A model generated the notes under the pieces. It was not told the DNA's origin, searched no databases, and was given only the letters and a program-made list of their open reading frames with translations. From Paramecium tetraurelia (Eukaryota), in the NCBI GenBank assembly GCA_000165425.1, contig CT868660.1:248001-312000 (forward strand): a DNA stretch of 64,000 nt. The letters run 5' to 3'. Position 1 is the first letter of the stretch; each line of letters opens with the position of its first letter. Positions 11,779 through 25,017 of this stretch are shown here, one piece after another. Position numbers and translations under genes: made by a program.

Positions 11779-13457
11779 ATGAATGAAGGCTATTATAAGT
11801 AATAACAAATAAATTAACATTTCTAGTGATTAAGATAAATATAAAGATCTAAAAAATAACCTTGATGGAAGGATCATTTATATCGAGCCTTAATTGTATT
11901 TAGAAAATTTGAGAGAATTTAATGAGAGAAATCCTACCTACGGAGTGACAGTGGATTATCGATTTTTGAAGACAATCTAATAGTGTGACTTTTTGGAAAG
12001 CTCCTAATTGCAATTTTTCATCAATTTATTCAGAAAAGCATATCCATAAGTCAAAGTAAAATGCTGATTTTTAAAATAGTTAGCTGCTGCCACATGTCAT
12101 TTTTTTGCTGACTTTATAGTATCATTATAGATACCTGTATCATAATAATAATTAAATCAGACTAATTCAACAGGCTATTAAAGCCAAAAATTATAAGAAA
12201 GTTTGGTTCAACCTCAATAAAAAATAAGCGAAGAATATATAGAATCCCATGTCATGAATAAAAGTATCCTAGATAATTAGTAAAACATAAATATATCCAC
12301 TCAAAGTAATAATTCCATCATTACAAACAAATCCAACACCAACGATTCCAACCTATCTGTATAAAAGCCAACGGCTTCTGCGAATAATTTCAAAGGTTAA
12401 TATGCTCAATCTCAAATCATACCTAAAACTACAAAAGATAATAATGTTGATTATCTTTCATAATCCTTAATTTAAAATAATAATATTGCAAATAACAAAC
12501 CTCAATCATAATTATTTTAGGCAAATAGAGATGTATAAGCTCCTCAACAAGTATAAGTTAATTAAACAATAAATCCATTATCATAAATATAAATAGATAA
12601 TTAACCAAATCAATAGAATTCAAATATTAGTGATTCTTAATCTATTCCCTACTAAGCCCCACTCAGTGGATAATAAAACCCAATTAATGTGAATGATTAA
12701 ATACAAAGTCCAATTGGATCATAAATCATATCACATTAATTTATAGACTCAAACGTCGGTTCAATTAATGAAACTTAAGAAAAGCCTCAACTAAATTAAG
12801 AATAATTTCAAAATGCTTAATCAATAATATATCCTCAGAACAACTAATAAGTACCTTCTGCATAGGCTTAGGTTGAGCAATAATAAGCATAACCTCCTCC
12901 TGAAAAAAAATTCTTTTTTCAGATTACTAATATGACTATATAAAAACCAGCTTAATAAGATAATATTAATAAATCATATCTTCCTTCATTAATAAAATAA
13001 TTGGCTGAAATGAATAACTTAACAGAAGAGCAATTAAAGGATTAAGATTATTGGTATTTTCCCATAAATTAGCTCTAATCTCATTGGATTAGCGTGGTGA
13101 TCAATTTTAAAAAAAAGGAGATATTTTACTTTGATTCGTATTATAAAAAAACAGATCCTGTTATCCTATAAGGAATAAATTCTATATTAGAGCACTTTAA
13201 AATTAATCCTTAAAATTTCTAGGTAAGACCAGTATATAATTAATAAATCAATGGGTATTATTTAATTATAATTTAGTTATGATTGCGGAGTTTTCATATT
13301 GCTTTCCCTTCTATACACTTTATAATAGAAAACTTATAATTACACTTAAAGTGTTGCAACCTAATTTAGAAAGGGTGTTCTCTATAATTTGGCTGTTATA
13401 GGGGCTTAATAGGATATTGATCAAGTATATCTGGAATTTATAGTCGATCAACATTGA
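11779..13457 (+). CDS. Ulp1/SENP family (peptidase C48) SUMO/Ubl protease with long Q/N-rich insert
   Basis: YWYFPINQLQSHWISVVINFKKKEIFYFDS..QQINGYDCGVFIL (His, Asp, Gln, Cys present); two tiny introns. Confidence 0.85.
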
Positions 13458-14029
13458 GCTTTGAAAATTTATATAAAATTATTTCATTATTTTTTCATCA
13501 ATCTAGACAGAGTGAGTAAAAAAGTCCTCAGTTAGAACTGATCACTTGATAAGTGCACAATAAAATATCATAGGGAGAAATATTTGTGTTCACATATATT
13601 ATGAATTTGATTATAATCAAATAATGAGGATTTGTTTATCAAATTTTCATCATTGAAAATTAAAAAGTTTAAAAAAAGAAATATGGTTTTTAGTTAAAAC
13701 TTCAAATGATTTTATTCATTAATGCAAATAAAAATTGATAAATATTTGAAATAAATATTTATAAAGCTGCATTCCAAATTTTATAAAATACTATTGAATA
13801 TATTAAATTAATATTCCCTAAGGCAAATTTATAATATATTTTAAACTATATTATTTGAAATTGATAATGATTGTTTATTCAGATCTTACCTTAGAATTGA
13901 AGAAACCCTGCTCATTTAGTATTGACAAAGGAGTGATTTAGAAGAATTAAAGATAAGTAAATGTTTAAAGAGAATTGGAATTCTCTGAATTATTTAAACA
14001 CATTTATTGATAAAGAAATAAATACAAAC

Positions 14030-15354
14030 TCACTTTTTCCAAGGTTTAGTTTTAAATTATTTTTACACATATGGATTTGCATTATATACTGCATTTGGTG
14101 AATGAGCTCTTTGCCTATTACCCATAGGTTTAAATTATGTGTTTGGTTATATAGTTAAATCTTATCTTTAGTTTCCAGTGCTATTTTTTTTATATGGAGT
14201 AACTTAGAGTCTAGGTGCTCTTAATTAGTTAGGTGCTGTTTGAGGCCTACGGTCATTTTAGGCCATCCCTTAGTTTTATTCCTAATTGATTTTTTGCTAT
14301 GATTTCAAAAAGAATTATTCTCCTGAGTCCATGTAATTATTTGCTTGCTTTTTGGGCTTTAATGATTCTATTATTGACTCAATACTTACAAGTAGCTTCA
14401 GGTAATTATTAGAATTTAGAACTATCACTCTTTGCAACAACTCTCTTGACGTCCTGAGATGAAGGTCTTTGATGAACAGGCTGTATGGGTTATAAAGGTT
14501 GAGTTTATGACATTAAATTAGTTTCTGGTCGAGGAGATTTTTGAATTTGCTATTCATATTAGATTGTCTTTCCAGTCAGACAGGATTTGGTTTCTATAGG
14601 TTAGGATTGTTTCTTCTTATTGAAGACTATCTTTTCATAAGGTGGTATATACATAGTGATTTTTTCAGCAAAGCGCAATCTAATTTATAAATTTAATTTA
14701 CTTTTAGGTTTTCGGTTTTTAATCGTGATCCTTAAATTCAGCCACTCCTTAGGGCTAAGCATTCAAATACGTGTTTCTTAATACCATTTCTTCAGGGTCT
14801 CCTTGAGAATACACTTCTTCCCAATTATAAGTTTTTGCACCCCATCCGTTCTTTTAGAATTTGCTTTCTATTGCCAATAATTAATTAAAAAAATTAGCTC
14901 GGATCTCCAAATCTGGTCTTCTGCTATGCATAAATTGTAAGGTCTTGTATAGTGTCCATCTATATTTTTTCATAAAATAAACACAAAGAACAGCAATTGA
15001 TCTATTGTGTCCTCTAATTGAATGTACAATAACACTTTCTCCGTTATTCAATGCATCATCCATAAATTTAATTACTTAATTAATCAGTTCCTCTTGTTAA
15101 AATATTACCTCATTATATAAAATATTACTTGAGTATCGTTGTCAATCCATGGCAGCGACATGTAAACTATCCCAATTGATTCCCAATGGTTTGGAATTTG
15201 TTTGCAAGCACAATTAACAATTCTGGAAACTTTATTAGTTACAATAAATTCTAAGTCCTAAAGGGCTGAATCAACTATCTACCTATGAAGCAAATTAATC
15301 TCCTAAAAATAACCCATCTTTTATTTTGATAGCTCCAATGTAATCGTATTCCAT
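14030..15354 (-). CDS. Dual-specificity phosphatase-like protein (Cys-to-Ser, probably inactive) with long low-complexity tail
   Basis: GAIKIKDGLFLGD..IVNCA..GESVIVHSIRGHNRS..YFMKKYRW; ends KTKPWKK*. Confidence 0.85.
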
Positions 15355-15423
15355 TATATTGTTAGTATTATAATATATATAAGAAATAATAATACAATAA
15401 ATAAAAAGCTATCAAATTTCAAA

Positions 15424-16921
15424 TCACATTCCTTAGTTCATTAACTACATTCTTTTCATTTTTAATTAACAGTTCTGTTGAAAGTCAATGCTTTTTTCAA
15501 AAAGAACCAACTCCAAAGAATGCAAAAATTAGTTGATCTTATACAGATGTTAAAATTTCTATAGATTCTCCCATTTGAGCGAAAATTCAAATACTAAGGA
15601 ACCCTCTTATGATATGTTAACCCTTATAACAATAAAATCATGTTCATTATTTATGATAATTAATATTCTGCAAATCTAGAGAAAAAAAACAGAAAACTAA
15701 TTTTTAGATCCTATTAAACTAAACCCTCCAGTTGATGATTCAGCATTCAGTAAAATATTGTTTGCTCCAATAAATCTAATGACATTCTTTAAAATTTCAA
15801 CAGGATAGTAATGAACTTCCTTATTTCCATATAAATAAAATCCTGAGATAAATTGAATGGAAATATCAAACAATAAGGATTTGTATTTCTAAGGTTTTTT
15901 AATACACTTGAAAACTTCTCGAATCAATCGATAAAAATGATTAATTTTATCAATAGCAACCTTTTCTTACAAGGTTTATGATGTGCCTGTAAATTTAACT
16001 AAAAAATTAATTTTGTCAGTAATCGTGATTATTACATCAATCTAAGAGTAACATCGAAATGCAAATGAAAATTCTTCAATTGTGTTACCTGATTAAAATG
16101 AGCCTTTTATTTTGCCATATTTTTCCAATAAATAATTTTCTAACGTTTAATTTTCGAAAGTAATGTACCTAATCAAACTCCTTAGATTACAACCATCGCA
16201 AAGATTTGGGTTCCACTTCTTAATCTTATTTTGTTTACTTAATATAATTGGTTAAAATTATTCTTATTAGTATTCAAATAAAATGAAAGGAACTGAAATA
16301 AATTTCGTTAAAAATTGTGCTATCATAAAAAACATTCTTACAATATATGTCCTCTTTAACCGTCAATAAAAACTGCTATCTCTTGGCTTACCCAATCAAA
16401 TAATAAGAAACAATTGAAATGACTGATATAAGTACACTAAACCAGACTGTAACCATACTCAAATGTTCTTAATAATATTGACTCATTATTATAAGCTTTA
16501 AAATAAGTTGTATTACGATCTAAGGGACTATCTAATAGAAGTCTAATGACATCATCAGAAGCATTTAAGATGCCATCACATTGGACCCAAGAAGAAAACT
16601 TCTTTGTTAACCATATGTACTGTCAACCCAAAATTAAACTAGTGAAAATGAGTAATTCAATAAAATCATCATAGTTGAGGAGTATTAAGGGTATCTAAAT
16701 ATCACAACCAAAGCGATTATTGAAATAATCAATCCTGGAGTTTGTAATTCAATTCTTATTGGGTTATTTTAAGTTGAATCTTAAATCAGCTTTCCTATAT
16801 GTAGTACAATGGATGATATAGATATAACTTTTAAAATAAAGGTTTTGTGATAATCTTATTGTTTTGCTTAAAACTAATTCTCCAAAGCTTGATTCTCAAA
16901 TTTTAGGGTCCATTTATTCAT
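15424..16921 (-). CDS. Multi-pass membrane protein of a ciliate family (about 6 N-terminal TMs + cytosolic region)
   Basis: MNKWTLKFENQALENQF, hydrophobic segments, QAKRQQFLLTVKE, LCDGCNLR; one 22-nt intron gives 491 aa. Confidence 0.8.
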
Positions 16922-17038
16922 TTAATTATATTAATTGATATCGCATCATTTTATGAGATTGACTTGAATATGAAAAAAATAAACTATATATAATATTTTC
17001 ATATTCTGACTAAATATAATTCTTAAGTTCAGTTCAAT

Positions 17039-18037
17039 TCAAATTGATTCTTATTCATTATTTTCTTCAAATTAAAAGTCCTCTCCATTTTAATTAAGCT
17101 AAGCAGAACCGTCACTTTTAGACAAAGCATCATTGATATTTTACTAAGAATTTGCTTTTTAATTTTCATTTATTTATAAATCCTTAATAGCTTCTTCAAC
17201 CTCTTCAACTTTTTCAACTTCTTATTCTTTATTTTATTTACTTTTATCGGCCAAAGGATTGTTATAATAAATTGATGATGGATCTCCAAACATTAAGGGT
17301 TCATCTTACTCTTCCTCTACTTCTTCCAAAATCATTTATTCTTTTTGATTTTGAGGAGGTTAATTAATTTAAAATAAACTAGATTATTATTAAGGCTGAT
17401 CATTTTTAGTGGGATAACCAAAAATATTATAATCTTATTTACTTTCCACAATAAAGGGATCATTATTTTTATTGTTATCTTAATTATTATTCTAAATTAA
17501 TGATGTATTAAGGCTAGGATCATTTGATTAAGATTATTTTTATTCCCTGAAAAATTTGTCATTCACCTTGAATTAGTCTTAAAATTATTGATTTTTAGAA
17601 CTTATATCACTATCCTCTTTAATGTTGTTTAGTTTAATTGGTTATTAATTAAAAAGGTTAATAGGTTGATGATGTAGAGTTTATTCGTTATAAGGAGGAA
17701 TAAAACTCGATTGTTGATGTGGAGTTAATTCATTGCGAGCAGGGAAAAGACTCTATGTGTTTTAAACAAAAATATTTTCTATTTTCTATTGTTATATTAT
17801 GGAACCATCTTAATCCTACTTTTCCTCTTTAATTTCTAATAAATCACTATCTTTTTAAGATTTGCCTTATTGCTCCTCCAATTATAAGGACAGTTTCTCA
17901 ACTTAAAACCTCAAATCATTATTTTTATTTTCCAATTTTTCAATGATCCTTGCTTATTTTTCAATAATTTCTTTTAATCTCTCTAATTGGTTTGCCTATT
18001 ACTCTACGTCTTAACTTGTGAATTGATACTTAACCAT
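17039..18037 (-). CDS. Hypothetical coiled-coil / Q-E-rich protein (332 aa)
   Basis: Intronless ATG..TGA ORF; N-terminal coiled coil; short imperfect repeats (DDP/DEP motifs). Confidence 0.75.
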
Positions 18038-18141
18038 TATATTTTTAAATAATTTAAATTATTAATTAAAAATAATTTTATTACTACTATCAACTATAAG
18101 TCTTGTAATTGAATTAATTGTAAAATTATAATGTTCACTAC

Positions 18142-18825
18142 TCAATCTTTATATTCTCCATTGTCTGTTTTCCTAATCATTTCTTTCAATTTCTTTCTCA
18201 ATCTAAAATATTTAAGATATATTAACATTTTATCTCTGGGAGGTTCATTTTCACTATCTATACTTTAACTTCTGGATACTCGATACTATGGACTACTTCT
18301 GTTTTTAGGACTTCTACTTCTGCTTCTACTTTTGGAGCTAATTATTAATTTATAAATATAAATTACTTTCTCCTTCTTGGTTTTCTTTCCTTCTCCCTCT
18401 CTCTCTCAAATCTATCATAATTTCCTCTTGATTATCTATAATTAAGTTGCCATTCTACCCTCTATCATCCCTAGGTCGATCTCTCCTGGGTTCTCTATTC
18501 TCATCATATCTGCCTGACTTTTTCGACCATTCAACATTTATTCTCAATCCTTTCAGAATTCATAAATCCTATATCAATACCCTATAAATCTCTTTAATGC
18601 AATGCATTTTTTGCAGCTTCTGCTTCTTATTCACTTTTATATTAAATGAATGCATACTAATATAATATTATATGTATTTACTCTGTCATTATTTTTTACT
18701 CTGAAATCCACAGTGCAATCACCATGGACCTTAAATTCTCTCTCTATATCCTTCTACTCAACCAATCTTGAAATGTTGCCTACGAACAGACTCATTCTTG
18801 CATTCCTAAATTATTGTCTGCTCAT
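18142..18825 (-). CDS. SR-family splicing factor (RRM + RS region)
   Basis: SLFVGNIS..YAFIQY..GLRINVEWSK followed by RS/RD repeats; about four tiny introns; stop position less certain. Confidence 0.88.
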
Positions 18826-18908
18826 TATAAATTATATGATTTTAATATAAATTATATTTAACTGAAAACATTTAATAAAAAGTTAAAAAAATAAAAATCG
18901 TTCAAGAA

Positions 18909-19887
18909 ATGAGTTAGTTAACGGAAAGCCCAAATAGATTAAATGAACAACAAAGCATTCCACAAGATGAAATAATTGACAAGTCATAAAAAATGGCGAC
19001 ATCCTCTCCTGATAAAGAGAACTCTTCAGAATTGTTTAGATTGTAGAAATAATAATTCATTCAAAAAATGACTCAGGACAACTCAGCGAGACGTTAAAAA
19101 AAAGTAATACTTTCCTTATGAATCATTCATAGATAATAGGAGATATTAAAGATGTGGTAAATGTGAATAAACAAATTGTGAATTTCGGATTGGTAATACC
19201 AGGAAATATTTGTGAAGACGATATATAATTTTAGAATCTCTCCAATGAGACTGTTATAATAGGCATATAGGTAATATGCAATAACACAGAATTTGACGAT
19301 CTAGATGAATATGTTTATTCAGCCAGAAAACTTAATGGATATGATTATAATGATCGATTCATGCTAGCCTGTCCAGCTCAAAAGCAGTTCTCTATGAAGA
19401 TAGCCTTGAAGGTTCCTAATATCAAAGAATAGAAAGGACTTTTTGGTACCATCATCATTACAGCCTCTTATTCGAATCACTAGAAAATATAGGGTCAAAT
19501 TAATGCTTAAATTTAAAGTCAAATTGCCCTTCCCTCGATTGAATGCCCAAAAACTCTAATGAATTGTATAATTCTATCAATAAATTAGCTGCTTATAATC
19601 TGCCTGTGATTCAATTGGCTTTTAAATTGGGTAAGAAATTGGATTGCAAGATCCCCTTTAGGAATAATAGTTCGATAGGATTACCACTTGAAATGGAATT
19701 TCTCAATAAAAATGACAATGAAATACTTATCAATCCTCCTTCACTTTCAGTGTAGGGAAACTCGCAATTCTTAGTTACAATCTATATCAAAAGCAAGCAA
19801 GAATAGATTATCAAGAATGTGTTAATAGTTAAAGTTAAAAACTCCAATGTTCATTTTAGTTATCCATTCATAATCAAAATATATTGA
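18909..19887 (+). CDS. Protein with two Ig-like ASH/PapD-type domains
   Basis: Introns of 29 and 23 nt give 308 aa; VNFGLVIPGNICEDDIQFQN and IPFRNNS..INPPSLSVQGNS patterns. Confidence 0.65.
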
Positions 19888-19968
19888 TTTTACTAGATTA
19901 TAAATAAAACTAAGATATAAATTCTTTATCATAAACTTTAAATAATTTAATAATTATTTGCTTCTATT

Positions 19969-21375
19969 ATGTCATTTAACAAAAAAGGTAGAGATGATTT
20001 AATGCAAATAACAAATGATGAAGATGGAAGAGAAATTAATCCTCACATGCCTCAATATATTATAAATGCCCCATGTATGATTACCACCTGATATTTAGGG
20101 TATTTAAAGGAAAGTACACCATCATTGAAGCATTAAAGAATAAGAAAATAATAGAACACAAGTACATTTGATAACTGGTATCAAAGGGGATCAAAAGTAT
20201 ATTCTTAAGTGATTTAATAATAGGGCCCAAATAATTTAAAATTTAAAAAAGGAGCTTGCACTAATTGTGGTTCTACAACTCATTAAAGTAAGGATTGTTG
20301 CGAGAGACCTAGACAAATAGGAGCTAAATTTTCAAATACAGATATACAACCAGATGATCTTGTATCAAATGTCTAGGGTCTTAATTATGATGCGAAAAGG
20401 GATAGATGGAATGGTTATGATCCAGAGACTTATAAGTCATAAATCCAAGAATATGAGATCCTAGAAGAGAAGCGAAAAGAAACTAGACTACAAGAAGGAT
20501 AATAAACTGAATCTGGAAATTTAGATGATGAATTTAAAGATAATGGAACTGGTGAACACTAAACTCAGATGACCACCAGAGATCCAAGAACTAAAACTAT
20601 GACTAGAAATTTACGTATCAGAGAAGATAAAGCCAATTATTTGTTGAATTTGGACGTTAATTCAGCATATTTTGATCCTAAGTCCAGATCTTTAAGAGAA
20701 AACCCAAATCCTCATTTGCCTCCAGAAAAATAAGTGTTTAAAGGTCTAAATTAAATAAGATTGACTGGAGAAACTCTATAAATGTATGAATAAGAAAGAT
20801 TTGCATGGTAGTATGCAGAACAACACAATCTAAATCTGAACACTGTATCTCTACCAACATTAACCGAAAAGACTGTATGATATTTATATTTATTGGACTA
20901 GTATAAATAAATCAAGGCAAAGAAGGAGGAATAAAAAATAGGAAGAGCGGAGAGTTTGTTTGATAGATATGGTGGAGAAGAACACTTAAATCCACAAATG
21001 GATCTCCTATTGGGATAAACAGAAAGATTTGTTGAGTATGAAGAGGATGGCTTACCTAAAAATCCTTTAAAGAAGAAGGACTTAACTAAAAGCAAATATT
21101 TAGAAGATTTCTTTTATGGAGATCATACAAGTGTTTGGGGTAGTTGGTGGAGTGATGTCCTTGGATGGGGATATGATTGTTGTTATTCAAATGAAAAACA
21201 TTCAGTCTGTCTTGGAGAAAAGGGGAGAAGATTATAATTGAATAAAGAAGCTCGATTAAAAAGAGAAATAGAAGAAGAAATATAAAAGGCACAAACTTAA
21301 GATTAAAAATCTAGTCCTCAACATTAACATTAGCAACCTCAACAACAAATAATCCAATAAGTTTAATAACAATGA
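19969..21375 (+). CDS. SLU7: Pre-mRNA splicing factor SLU7
   Basis: [15 protein letters not shown], zinc knuckle [56 protein letters not shown]. Confidence 0.97.
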
Positions 21376-21527
21376 ATTTATTTATAATTATTGTTATTTT
21401 AAGTATTTAAAAATAAGAATGCTAAATACTTTAATAGAATAGTTAATAATAATCATCTCTTGTAGATAATTATTATCTGAACTTCTAATTAAAAATGATA
21501 TATAAAATAATTGTAATTAACCATCTA

Positions 21528-22559
21528 TCATTATAAAATACTCAATTCTTTTTTTAAAGTTATTTCATTATATATTGTATTCTAAAATAAATTAAATATT
21601 TTTATACTTTGAATAAGAGTAGAGGCTCCAAATCATGGGATGTTTCAATATAACTAGATAAGAAATTTAAAACTTCTGATCTCAACTCTTAATCCATTCC
21701 AATGTTGTAAAACTGGAAAGGAATCTTCTTCTCTGTCAGGATTCTAGCTATTTCACAATTTAAATCTGGTTGTCCGTCTATTAATATTATGTATTTTGAT
21801 ATAAGCTGAATCTACTCCAACTTGGAAGTCTTATTCATGAAGGCATCCTTTGGTATCAATTCAGAAAATTTCTTCTAATCAATTAATTCAACTGTTGCCT
21901 AATTCATAAATAATACGAAATACATCTGCTCCTCCGATTAATTTCCCATTCACAAATACCTAAGGGAAGGTCTACCATTTTGAATAGAGCTTTAAATAGC
22001 CAACCATTAGTTTATCAATTTCTATATCAAAGAATCCAAATTGGACACCAAAAGGTTGCAGTTTTTAAATTAGCTTTGATGTAAACCTACACATGGGCTT
22101 TTCTGGAGTACCTACAATAAAAAGCATTATTGGATTTTCTTTGATCATTGATTCTATCCTTTGAAAATACTGCTATTATTGCTTTTAAAATTCAGCTTCG
22201 AATTGCTCATGTATGCTCTATAACTATATTAAAACCTGGGCAGGTTCCAGGCACAATATTTAGTTATTAATTAGTTTAGGATATGATGAAATCAAAACAG
22301 AAGGCAATTGTTATATCTAAAATTGATTTTTCATTTACATTATGACTTCTTGCTATTTATTCATCATTACAATAGGATAAAGCATACTTCTCAACTTCAA
22401 GAGGCATTATTTATAATAATTTATCTAATCTTGTCTTATAATCGTCATTATGATAAAATACAGTGATTATTACCTAAATCATATTGACATAAAATATACT
22501 TTATGAAAATTAGATGATTGGAATACATCCAAAGGATATTCTTATGTGATTGTAGTCAT
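21528..22559 (-). CDS. Multidomain monothiol glutaredoxin-like protein (Grx3/4, PICOT type)
   Basis: IMLFIVGTPEKPMCRFTSKLIQKL..LKLYSKWQTFPQVFVNGKLIG; Trx-like N-terminus; tiny introns. Confidence 0.85.
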
Positions 22560-23410
22560 AATTAAATTTTAATTATTATTTTATTATAAAGTGTAGAATG
22601 GGATGAAACCTATCAAATATTTACATAAAATTAATTAGATCATATTTTAGTGGAATCTCTTACATTTGTTGAGGTATTTATCGGTAGTAATTTAATTTAT
22701 TCTTATTTTCTCATTTATGTATTAAATTCATATTCCTAAAATTATTAAGTTCCTTTTATCTTTGTAATTATGTCTATTCTTTCAATTAGTTCTATTATAT
22801 ATTGTTTTTGATAAATATAAGTTCTATTTCAAAAATTTTATAGGCCCAGCACTTTCTCTCTTAATTATTATTAGATTCTGATTTATCTTCTTACTTCCTA
22901 TTTGTAATTTTATTTTGATATAATTTATGCTTGAAATCTGATTTTATAGAATTACATCTTTGATTTGCTATTTCTTTAGTCTCTACATAATTTGAATTAA
23001 GTAGAAATTCTGAATGAATATTTCAATCTCATCTTTGAGATAGACATTTAAACTTATTGAAAGAATACTGAATTTAAATACTTTAAAATTTTTACAAATT
23101 AATATCTTCTATATAATTGTAGATTAATCAAGATTACTAATTATTTAAAACTATTATTTTATTTTTAATATAATTATGTCCTAAATGATATTAGAAACTC
23201 AAATTTTTATAAAATACCCTTTTTCTAATCTAATTCAAGATTCAAAAGATAATCCAAAAGAAGTATTCCGTAACCTGTAAAAGAAATATAATTTTTGAAA
23301 GAGAGCAGCTATTTATAAGTAAAAGCAAATATGGATGAAATATTACCATTTATTTGAAACATAATTTGTCCTTTTATAATAGATTATTTATTAAATAATA
23401 TGTGATATTT

Positions 23411-24378
23411 TCAACATATTCTAAATTTATCTCCACAATTATAGCATTCAAAAAACTTAGTTGTTGGTTCATCGGATGCTCTTGTTTGTTTCTCATCAAC
23501 TAAATACACCTTTTTTTAACCACATCCTTTACACGTTTTCCCTTCTACACCTTCCATTTCTCTTTTGCTTAAGTCTTTGTAAAATCCTATCTGTTCAGCC
23601 TCCATCTTTTCTCTAATAATTCTACTCTACTCTTATTTGGTTTCATCATCAACCCAATCAGCAGCTCTAAATTATATTTAAAATACCTTAATTAAGCAGC
23701 ATTTATCGGGTCAAATTACTTCGTGAAAATACTATAAGTCAATGAACCATTTTTATCCTTCTTTAAAAACCCCGCTAAAATTTTTAGATCCTACTCATAA
23801 GCCTTTCTAGGAGTATAGTCTTGTTATCTCTTATAATAAATTGTGTTTTCCATTTTTTCTACACATTCTTTAATTGTTTATCTATCAGAAGCATTTAAAT
23901 CATTTTGATTTTTAAATTTTTAGATATTAAGAATAAACAAATTACTAATTGCATTTAAGTATTTGACACGATCAACATAAGATGGATGAGGGGTTTTGAA
24001 ATTTTCAAATAAATCATAGGCAGGCAAAGATTTACTACTTTAAATACTCTATACACTATTATGTTTTTCCACTTTAATTTCCTCACTTTTCTCTCTTCTT
24101 TTTTCAATTATTTCATTTTAATTTGGTTTATTTTGAGACAGTTTTTTAAGTTTGTCTTGAACTATCGAAGCTTTTGATTTAATTGTTGCAGCTAAAATAT
24201 CACTTTTATCGTCAATTATAGTCAGAGTGTGTAGAGTTTTGTATATTTTTGATTTATTTACAGCCTCTTAATTGAGTGGAGATTACTCTAATTATTTTAA
24301 GATATTAATAGTTTCTTTAGGATTCTTTTTCCAATCCGCAAGCTTTTTGCGCAATTCATATAATTCTTAATAATCCAT
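23411..24378 (-). CDS. TFIIS: Transcription elongation factor TFIIS
   Basis: C-terminal Zn ribbon CKGCGQKK..KQTRASDEPTTKFFECYNCG with intact DE dipeptide; domain I-like N-terminus. Confidence 0.93.
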
Positions 24379-25017
24379 AAAATAATTTAATTTATATCAA
24401 ACATTATTAAATTTCTTAAATGTGTCTATTAAATGTTATCAAATTATCAATTTATAAGATGAAATTTATATTCGTTATGCCACTAAAGAGAAATGCTAAT
24501 CACTTCCTAGACAACTATTTCACATATCTTCAATTATAAATATTCATTCATTTATTTATTAAATAAATATATTTTAATTAATAAGTAATTATGCTATTCT
24601 AACTAATGAAATGCAACAGAAATATGAGAAAATCAATTTATTTAATTATATGATAGATAGAATCATTGATATATCAAGTATAAAGAATTTGAGATAGAAA
24701 ATCAAAATTACTTTTGCTTACTTTTAAGAGAATAAGCAGGATTGGGTAGAAATATACTTATACTTGTAATTAAGTTGAATAATATTAGATAAAATAAAAA
24801 AATCATTATTAATGAAAAGGGGAAGAAGAGACAAGAACTTAATGATTTTTTTACTACTTACCATTGTAGTTACAAATTTATATTTCGATTCACATTTGAA
24901 ATTGAAGAGATTCAACATAAGATATTTCTGATTGATTTTGATAATCTAAATATAACACTAAATTTCATCATTGTTAGAACATAGTTTCAAATACTAAATT
25001 ATTTGTGTTATTTATTA

